A stretch of DNA of 64,000 nucleotides, from positions 10,850,001 to 10,914,000 of the forward strand of contig OZ365119.1 of assembly GCA_977030845.1 (NCBI GenBank), in the 5' to 3' direction. Origin of the DNA: Fimbriosthenelais zetlandica (taxonomy: Eukaryota). The position numbers were made by a program, and so were the translations under genes. The notes below the pieces were generated by a model. That model did not search any database. It had not been told where the DNA came from and saw only the letters and a program-made list of their open reading frames with translations. Of the stretch, positions 1 to 9,900 are shown one piece after another (position 1 is the first letter of the stretch; the number at the start of each line of letters is the position of its first letter).

Positions 1-339
1 TCTGGAAGGGTAAAGGTTTGACACTACATGGCAAAGCAAGATGTGAGATGACATTCATTATGTGAGCTGGGAATCACGGTAATATAGTGGACATTTTCTC
101 CAATTCCGATGCATGGCCACCCACGCCGCCATACTACTTCCGGTTGGGTGGTCAGTCCACACCGGCAGAAAGAAGACACTGAACCACGAAACGACGGGCG
201 TATTCAGGCTTAATACCCGGTCAACATGAAAGATATGAGTCTAATAAATACAATGACCTACCTTAATTCGTCAGAAATGTGGCACAACTATTGATTTGGT
301 TGAATATTATTGTTTGACAGGGCGTGGCGAGGATGGAAA

Positions 340-480
340 ACCGCCATGTTTGTTTCATTGTAGCGGTGGCGCCTCACCGGGGATTTTCGCTGAACTTCCC
401 ACTTTCATCGTAGTTCACAAGAAATCCGCAGTGAGGCGCAACCCTCGCAACTGTAGCGGAGCTCAGCCTTAAGTCTTGCT
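340..480. repeat. Dispersed repeat shared with about 2980-3110
   Basis: gcgcctcaccggggattttcgctgaact at about 370-395 and 3051-3077, with similar flanks. Confidence 0.55.
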
Positions 481-1030
481 GTTTCAAACAATATCTCCCT
501 AAGACAAGCTTCAATCGTGTATAGAATCCTTCTGAAGCTAATCTCATACCCCGACAGTTTTATCGCGTGAAATTTCTATAAAAATGACCTACTTGTCAAA
601 CGATCACGCCATACCGGAAGTAAGTCCACATCACATCGGCCAAAGTAGGAACTTAGCAAAAGCCCCTATTATCGCTCACAACAAAACAGCTTCCTGTCTC
701 TCGCCATTAACAGGTTTATAGACAGTTTATCTGAGTTCTTCTGAATACCATGAATTCTTCATGAAAAACCACTGATGGATTTCAATTTTGGTTGATGTGG
801 GTGATTTTATAAATCTATAATCGCGGTCTGAAAATCCTTAGCGACGCTCCATTGACTTAACATAGGCTGTTAGTTCCCAGTTCTGCCGGCGGGGGGTAGT
901 CGCACGGGACAGCAAGTAACTCAAATCTCGGAGGTTTATTTGCAAGTCTCGGAGGTTTATTTGTCAAGTCTAGGAGGTTTATTTTCATATCCCCCAGAGG
1001 AGATATATTGAATATACAATGGGAAAATGT

Positions 1031-1111
1031 TGACTTTGGTGGGTTTCGAACTCATGTTCTTGTGGCAGGCTAAATGGCAGTCCAACACCTTAACCACTCG
1101 GCCAGCGAATC
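1031..1111 (-). pseudogene. Degenerate tRNA-like module alpha (Ser-like, long variable arm)
   Basis: TGGCCGAGTGG A-box, GAGTTCGAAAC B-box, 81 nt, T4 downstream; stems are imperfect. Confidence 0.65.
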
Positions 1112-1198
1112 TGTTATGATCTAAAGGTGTATAACAAATTATTATACAAGAGAGGTGAGGTGACACTTCAGCAGAGTTGGAAAAGAAGTGAAAAAGCT

Positions 1199-1281
1199 GG
1201 TTCATGGTAGGAATCGAACCCATGTTGGGACGACCCTCGTATTGAGAGTTGAACGCCTTAACCATTGCGCCACTAACTGCC
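1199..1281 (-). pseudogene. Degenerate tRNA-like module beta (long variable arm)
   Basis: TGGCGCAATGG A-box, GGTTCGATTCC B-box, GGG-TCGT-CCC variable-arm hairpin, T5 terminator. Confidence 0.65.
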
Positions 1282-1367
1282 TGGGTGTCCGCTCCCCAAC
1301 CTCGGAGGCTTTTTATCATGGAACCGAATAGATAATTATGTAGTGACCTATGCAGCAGAAAAAAGGC

Positions 1368-1438
1368 TGTTTAGACAGGGAATCGAACCCTGGCCGCTGG
1401 CGTTGCAGGCCAGTGTCTTACCTCTAGACTACATAGTT
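1368..1438 (-). pseudogene. tRNA-like module gamma (loop CTGCAAC; acceptor stem unpaired)
   Basis: Perfect D stem GTCT/AGAC, anticodon stem CTGGC/GCCAG, T stem CAGGG/CCCTG with TTCGATT loop, T6 terminator; 5' AACTATG cannot pair with 3' TCTAAAC. Confidence 0.65.
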
Positions 1439-2286
1439 TACACGTCTGAACCTCAATCTGACATTAACAACAATGAAGCAATTTTGGTCTCGTGCTTCAT
1501 TGCGCAGCTGCCTCAGCCAGGCGCCCGCATACTTCCGCCGCTCACGACTGGAATCAAGCTAAACATGAAATAGAGGAGGGTGTCATTTTTCGTCGGACAA
1601 GGACTTGCACAATCCGTGTCACGACTCTGATTTCGAAAATCTTTAATATCTCGGCAACCACTGGGTCTTTTTAAGAAATTCAAAATGGAAAATCTTAGTT
1701 GGGACAATGTCTAGCGGCTGGTATAGGAATCAAATGCTGAAAGAGCTTCCAAAAATTTCGATTTCCAAAATGATGCTAATTTCACAAGGTGTCCCGACTA
1801 CAGCCCCGTTCCAATCCAAGCCTGCGATCTCAGCTGAAAACCCGCACAGTGGCGCCCCCAGGTGGTGGGTGAACGAAGGCCTATATGACGATTGGCGCAG
1901 AGGCCTGGGGTCTGCATGCTATGCTGGCTGGCGCATAGTAGTTCACGTTTCCGCCGCTAGGACATCTCGGGTCGCCACTTGCGCTCAGGCGCCTCCTTCC
2001 ATTGACACCAATGCTAATTGAAGAAATTCAATCCATTTTTAAAATTCGAAATTTTAAGTCAATTTCCTCGCTTTAAAACATTGGCCACTGTTTAGAATAC
2101 TTACCAACTAAGAATAATCCGTTTAGTTTGTATTTTTAGACCCCTTAATTACGGAGATATTCGACTTTTTAGAAATCGGGCTGCAAAGGATCATGGGAGC
2201 AGGTAAAGTTGGAGTGAAAATTGACCAAAAATAGCCCCAACTTTTTCAACGCGTTAGTGGTCAGAGACTTCAAGAGGGGGAAAATA

Positions 2287-2540
2287 TGACTTTGGTTGGT
2301 TTCGAAATCATGTTTTCGTGACACGGTAAATGGCAGTTCAACACCTTAACCACTCGGCCAGTAAATCTGTTATGACAGAAACGTGTATAACAAATTGTGA
2401 TACAAAGAGGAGAGGTGACACTTTAGCAGAGTTGGAAAAGAAGTGAAAAACCTGGATCATGGTAGGAATCGAACCCATGTTGGGACGACCCTCGTATTGA
2501 GAGTTGAACGCCTTAACCATTGCGCCACTAACTGCCTGGT
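2287..2540 (-). pseudogene. Second copy of the alpha+beta tRNA-like pair
   Basis: Direct repeat of about 1030-1285 at an offset of about 1255 bp; beta nearly identical, alpha more diverged. Confidence 0.65.
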
Positions 2541-5500
2541 TGTACTACAGGTGTACAGCATACTATCCTACACGACAAGCGACGGTATAGAAAATATAAA
2601 TATATTAATTTCATATAAATACACAATTCAAAACACACATTTTCAAAATCTCAACTTTTAAATCCACTTTATTCATTCACAAGGTATGTCCTAATCTATC
2701 CAACTAAGATCATTCCGAAAAGAGCTTAATTTTAGGTCCAGCAGTTTCTGAGATATTAAAGAAATAAAAATATTGTCATTTTTATGAACTACTCACAAAC
2801 GCTCGAGGCGCGCATTATTACGGCCACTAGAGGAACTAAGTCTCATTCAGTTGACGTTGGCCTCTTAGTTTCGGATTTGTATTCTGCATGTCCTGGTCAG
2901 TCACGGCCGCATTGGGTTTGTTTGGATAGACAGACATTCTTGTTCGATTGCGCATGCGTCAGCTGTGTTACATCATGATCAAGATGGCGGCCGCATTGGG
3001 CGATGGTGGCGAACCATGCGGATTCTCTGTGAACTACACTGCAACGGTAGCGCCTCACCGGGGATTTTCGCTGAACTGATGTTCTCATCGTAGTTTAGCT
3101 TTTCGCCGCTTGCCGGGAGGGCGGTAGCATCGCTACATTCCCATCCACTTGAAGGCCTCCTACAGAAGAATGGAACAATAAGATAAGCTGATTCCATCCC
3201 TAGCTTACTCCTGTCTCTGTAACGCTACCTTAGTATTGTTTTAAAACAAAATATCCCCGTTTTGCACCAGATAGAGATGAAAAACTAGTCCGATCTCAGG
3301 GTCAGATCGATCCCGGTAGCGCCCTCTCCCACTTAAGCCTTGTTCATCGACGGAAGATTCGGGAACTAAGGATTTTCAAGATGGCCGCTCTAACCTGTCT
3401 TGTTTTAAGGGCCTGGTTGATTCATGGGCATTTGCAAAGGAACTATTGGCTCAATCGCCACGAAATTTCACAGTATTAGAGAAAAATAAATTGGGGATTT
3501 ACCCATGAAATAGTTTTAATGTTAGGGTAATAAAATTATATTAATTTCTTCAGTTAAAATTGATCTCTGGGGGCTGATTCAAGAATGATTGCAATTCGGC
3601 CCTGGAGAAACTGGTAAGATAAGACAGTAATTGCTGAAGTATATATAAACTTTAATAAATTAATACATCCAAATCTACTGTACAAAGTTGACACAGCTAC
3701 ATTGTTTTTTCCATAAATTGGCGAGAGAAACATGGGCTAACCTATAGTACAACTTGCATGGCGTTTGGTAGCGGCGTCATGAAGCCAGACTCACCAAATA
3801 AATGTCTAGAGACGACACAGGCAGCTACGCTACACGGGAACATGTGTGTAATGGTTAGTGGTTCAATACCAGACGCTGTACATTATATAAGGGGACCAGG
3901 TATGTCTCTCGATGTGGAGCAGGACCATTCTTTCCTGAATATACAAGATAAAATACCAATCATACGTAATTACCATCAACAACCTTATTGTTATTAAAAC
4001 ATTTACAAATTAAACCAAACAACCTGAATGCTTCTGTTGGTCCATACTATGGAAATCTTTACAAATAAAACTCTTTCGATCAATTATATTTAAACTTTCA
4101 TGAGTTTTAATTAAAAAATATATGAGCCACAAGTGAAAATCGGAATATAGTTAAGGGAGATAAAGATATAAATTTTGGATCGATGGTTACTGTGTTTTTC
4201 CGAGAGGGTGGTGAATGTAGGTGGTTGGGGGGTTGAGCCAGTGAATGATGGGCTTATATTATAGGGCATGTAACCACTGTCTACCCGTCCTCTAATGCCT
4301 CAAAGATTCACAATAATCTCCTCACTGTAAAAATACAATGCCACTCTATTAACTTAGTGCTTAACCTATTCTCCAACATTATATATTAATCCTTATTAAT
4401 CCATTCACACTTATCATGACATTGAAATGACCTTGAAGATTAACATCGATATCAGATGACCCGCAATGAAACGTTTATTATGACAGATAAATTTAAAGAT
4501 TTTAATTGATATTTCATTAAAATATCTATTATGACAGACAAATTTAAAGAGTTTAACTGATATTTTACTAAAATATCCATAGCCATACCTTACAATTTTA
4601 GCACTGATTTACGTGGGATATTGCTTGCATTGGATGGTTAGTGTTCAGTGGGGGTGGGGGAGAAGGTGCAGCTCTAGCTTGTACTTGTAGCTTGGCCACA
4701 TGTACACTTTAGTCTTGACAAGAAATGATTGGTCAGTGAATACCAGGTGACCACTGTGAGTATATATATATTATATATATGTGTATATATACATTGTGGA
4801 CCATGAATGGCTCATGATACCTCTATGCTATCATGTAGCAATATTTGGCTCATTATAATTCTATACGTCGAGCCATTGACTCTGCCACACACTCAATCAA
4901 TACAGTAGTTCGTCAGATGTACACCAATACAGTGGGGGCAGCACCAACAACTGCTTATTGTCATCAAATATCTAAAGAAAGTAACATGATATATTACCAG
5001 TACAATAATATTATGCCATAAACCGGGCCCCCTAAACGTGCGGCCTGCCATGTGTAATGCACTACGCTAACACACCCCTCCTCTCACTCACTCATTCACA
5101 CATTCCGCAATTAATTTTTCTGCCTTTTTAATAAGAAACATACAATTGTTCTCCACATTTCGCAAACATGTGATTCTCTCATCCGAGGGACAACATGGTA
5201 TACATAAGAAGTAGATATTTATAACTGCATAATATTTAGGTCCGCAAAAAATACTGATGCCCAGAGTGGCTCTGTTCGCTCTGTACATAGCACGCCTCTA
5301 GTTCATGCCTCTCCACGCCTCTAGTACATGCCTCTCATTATATTGCACTGTCAATCTAGTAGTCGTAGGCTGAACACTGTCAACCTGGTAGTCGCAGGCT
5401 TAGCAGCCACTATTGCTTCACTTGACAAACACACATTAAATAAACCTGAAGTAGAATATAAAGCTCCGGCAATATCTTCATCTTCTCCAGTCTGTTTATT

Positions 5501-5579
5501 CTTATTTCCATCTTTCATTTTGTCCTGGTAATAGACAGACTGATGATGAGTCCATACAGAGCGAGTGAAGAACGCACAG

Positions 5580-5725
5580 GATGTAGGCCTTCCTGTAGGC
5601 CTTAGGTTCCGGACTGTAGGCCTTCCTGTAGGCCTCCCGTCACGGAATGTAGGCCTTCCTGTAGGCCTCCCGTCACGGAATGTAGGCCTTCCTGTAGGCC
5701 TCCAGTGACGGACTCTAGACCTTTC
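5580..5725. repeat. 33-bp repeat built from tgtaggccttcc subunits
   Basis: cacggaa at 5641 and 5674; aggcct palindromes. Confidence 0.9.
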
Positions 5726-6114
5726 TGTAGGCCTACAGTAGCTCACGTGCTGAGAGGAAGAGGTGGATACAGCGGGTAGGTGGATACCAAGCCCACACTC
5801 TGACATTTATAAATATACACATTATCATCGTGCTCCAACCCGAGAAGCACAACACCGTCCTTTCACTGAGAAAAACAATGTCCACCTTAACTGTGATTCC
5901 CGGTGAGGATGACAAGACACTTATGTTAAATCTCCCATGAAACCGCAGATCTCCCATGAAACCGCAGATCTCATATTAAATTGCAGGTTTCTTAATAAAC
6001 TGCAGATCTTCTGATAAGGATCTGGGTTATGAGTCTTGTCACCACCACCAGAACATGACGTTTCCATGGAAATCAAATCATAATCCACACCATCTTCTTC
6101 CTCTGTCCTCGCGT

Positions 6115-6159
6115 CTACTTCCGGTGTCTGTATGTCTCTATGTCCAGCATGTAACCATT
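6115..6159 (-). CDS. Possible alternative terminal exon (NGYMLDIETYRHRK*)
   Basis: ctgtgcag acceptor at 6160-6161 in phase 0 fits the donor at 6695-6696; no homology support. Confidence 0.3.
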   Translation of the reverse strand, partial: NGYMLDIETYRHRK

Positions 6160-6663
6160 CTGCACAGTGCCAATAAAGTAACGACTCACAAACTATTATG
6201 TAAACTGTTGCCCTCGTTGTCATTCAGGTATTTGTCCATGTATTTATAACAATAAGTTTGTTTGAGAGGAGTGGGCAATATGGTAAATCCCAGTAAGAAC
6301 ACTGATATTGTTGCTATGACAACAGCACCATGACAACTAAACCAGATTATAAGTCTGTTCGTCTGTCCTGGCTGTGAGAGAGCCGGGGGAGACTGACTGG
6401 TAATAAAATAATGAGGGTAGTTATACATGTAATATACGAGCACCCGCTGATTACACATTAACACCCTTCATGACGTCATAATGGCGACCAGGCCTGAGAT
6501 GTGACGTCATGATTCCCATTGCTGATGACGTAGTGGCGTCTACTCTGCGGTGACAGGACTGCGCTTGCACCATTCGTTGGTCAAACAATGGGGGTCTGAA
6601 ATATAGAGTTATGAGAATACAATGGCTTATAAGAACATATTCCCTAAAAAAAATATATCAAAC

Positions 6664-6905
6664 TCAGAAAGTTCTACAATAAACACTACGTCTTACATCT
6701 TTGGTGTCGAACGCCATGGTTAGAGGGTTGGTTCTCATGCCCTGCTGGGACGAGTCAACCATTCCATTGGGCTGTGTTGGTGTTTTAGGATTCGTCCCCA
6801 TTCGTTGTCTTTCCTTTGGAATTGGTGCATAACCGTACCCATAGGCAGCACTAGAGCTTGAGGGGGAAGGGAAGTTAGGACGACTATAGGATGGCACATC
6901 AGATG
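6664..6905 (-). CDS. robo: Robo exon 21: probable last coding exon ([15 protein letters not shown]...VYCRTF*)
   Basis: cttttcag acceptor in phase 1, open to TGA at 6664-6666; an internal donor T|GTAAGA at 6695-6696 makes the true 3' end uncertain. Confidence 0.7.
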
Positions 6906-9900
6906 CTGAAAAGACAATGACGGGGTGAGTGAACGTAATCAAGTTAGGGGGAAGACATTGGAAGCAATCAATAGTCTGATTATGTTTGCAATTCCACATT
7001 ATTTAGTCCTACATAAATATATTGATAACAACTCTTATAGAATCGTAAGGTAACTGATAATTAAGAAAAACTTCTGTCTAAATGTACATATGAATGGTTA
7101 GCTTCCCTCCACTACTTAGTATTTAGTCCTTTCAGGGGTGGATCAAGAGGAGGGTTCTCTACATTTCTGGACCCCTCAGATATTTTACCCAAACTTCCCC
7201 AAACCCTGAATCCGCTCCAGTCTCAGAAAAAATGATATAGAAATAGATGAGTTGTAGACAGATGAGCAGGAGGAAGATAGCCAAATACGGCCACTGGAAG
7301 AGGAGGGACAATAGCCTGGTACTGTCCGTGATAGAGGGGCGGATACCAGGAAAGAACAGGAGAAGAAAGATGACCTGGTTCGACAACATACCAGGATGGA
7401 CAGACACAGGGCTAGAAGCCATTCATGATGCTGCCAGGAACAGAGAGATGCCAACGGTCCTTACTAAGACTAGGGCACAAGATTAGATTAGAGATGAAGA
7501 CGCACCTTGCCGACTGTCTCCGCTCTGTGAGGAGCGGCCTCGTGTAGACGGTTTTTGCCGGTGCTCCCCGTGCTGGTTTTTGTATTTGTTTTGTTCTATC
7601 AGCTGTTTCTTCCGCTCTGACTTGGGGTACGGGTGCCGCTGTACCGGCACCGTTGAATAGTTAGAATCCGTGCTGTACGGACTCGTAGGACGCTTAGCCC
7701 GCTCTCGATGCTTGGCTGGTCGCCGCACTAATCATGAATAAAACAAAATCTCATGAGAAAACCCCAACAATGATGTTACAAATAATAATAGACAGAAAGA
7801 TACAGAAACAAACTCGTGAGAAAACCAAACAATGATGTAAAAAATAATAGACGGAAAGATAGACAAAAACTCGTGAGAAAAAGCCCTATACTGACTGAGA
7901 TCCCAATATTCTCTAGTAGAGACTCTAGTAGGGTATTTACACTAAGTAATGGGTCTACATACCCTTCTCACCCTACAATAAGAGACTCTAGTAGGGTATT
8001 TACTATAAGTCATGGGTCTACATACCCTTCTCACGCTCCCTATCTCGCCCCGCGTTGGGATCGACCACTGTGGAACCCACCACCGTCAGACCTGACAGCT
8101 CGGCAGCCTTGGCCACGGCGCTGGCGAAGTCAGCCTCAGCGAAAAACGAGCCGTCACTGGAACTGAGGGCGCTGGAGCGATCGCTGGAACAGCTGTTACT
8201 ATTGTCTGTAATGGAGGCCCAGGATGCAAGCATGGAGCCTGAAATAGCAGCATTATATACTTCATTAATTACTTATCACTCTCATCTAACTGACATGGGC
8301 TTTAAGGCCCTTCTTGCTGGCCACAGGGACGACCAAATATGCTGGTAACCGGGTAGCTCTTTTACCATGCAAGAGTTGCGAATGGAGGTTAGCGCTTGTG
8401 GTTCTCTGGCATCTGTTCATCCCGTGTGCCCTTCTTGCTGGCCACAGGGACGACCAAATGGTCTGGGGTTGCCATGTGAGTGTTGTGATTTGGTTACAGT
8501 TACACATTGTAGCTGACCAATGGATCTCCTCCATGGTACTACAGAGGCGGACGGCATAATACTACAGGAATCTGTTTCAAAACGAATATTAACCATAGAA
8601 TTAGCACTGCTCGTATTCATTTTGAAACAGATCCAAGAGGTAGAAGACAAGGTAAGCCGGGAATACACTAATCCGTCAACATCCGATACCCTATTTCTAA
8701 TGACACCTAAAGATTAAAATGTTGTCAGTGCTTAGCCTTACCTAGGTGTGAAGGTCTGTTCAGATTACAAGCATTTGGTGTGAATAGAAATATAGTTTCA
8801 GACAGATGGCACCGGATGGAGAATCGGATTAGTGTAATCCTGGGTGTAAAACATGGGTAACTGACCTGTGACTGTGTCCACCTCCACATCAGGCTCACCC
8901 ACGGATGAGTCGGGGGTAATACAGTCCGGGCGCGATCCATGCTCACCGTTATAGTCCATACCAGCCATCTCAGACGAGGGCGAGTCACGGCCGTCATGCA
9001 TGTAGCGACTGGGGTCCAGCGGGCTCCCGTTACCCATACCATCAGGCCTGAAACGTACATCAAAACATGCTTAAAACACACCCATACCATCAGGCCTGAA
9101 AGTTACAGCAAAACATGCTTAAAACTAACCTCATTCTACAATACATCGCCATCCAAACCCCCATTTCCAATGGCATTCAATGATTGAAATTTTGTCAGTG
9201 GCTACCCTTACCTAGGCGCAAAGGTCAGTTCAAATTACAAGCATTTGATCTGAATAGAAATATATAGTTTTGGACAGCTATCAGATGGAGCCAGATGGAA
9301 TTACTGAGCTTCAGGCTTAATACTGCACTGAACCATCACTGACACGAGAACATGCTGAATGGTGTACTAAATGATCTACAAGTGTTGGTAAAGAACCCGG
9401 TACTTAATATGAACTGATATAAATAGAAATAATGTTGAGAATGATGTCAAGATCTCTAGGACAAATTTACACGTCAAATTCATGAGAAAGTAGTACAGAA
9501 CTTCTACTGGATGAATTCAGTAAACGAGTCAAACGAACATAAACGAAGTTGGCAGTCATTTCTACAAGATGGTTCTATACACGGGCTTTCATAGAGAGAT
9601 AGAGATGAACGGGTGAGTAATTTTGAAGTATCACTGTTCTATTCCGTAGGAGAGAGAGGCATGCCTGGTTGTGGTATCAAGGAACTACATTCTCTACATT
9701 AGTATTAACTGGGCGAGTTGGTAGGTAGGCTAGAATCATGCCTCTAAGTTTTAACTGGGCTGGGAGATGGTAACAGGTTAGGCTAGAACCATGCTGCATA
9801 AGTTTTAACTGGGCTGGGAGGTTGGTAGGCTAGAACCATGCCTCCTTTATCTGGACTGGGAGGTAGGTGGGCTAGAATCATGCTTCTATCTTTGTTTAAC

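Noticed and set aside
1031-1438. Calling these functional tRNA genes
   Set aside because: Acceptor stems do not pair, and the alpha/beta anticodon stems are broken
8055-8348. Plus-strand 97-aa ORF resembling a separate gene
   Set aside because: It is the antisense frame of Robo exon 19, which has clear Robo homology
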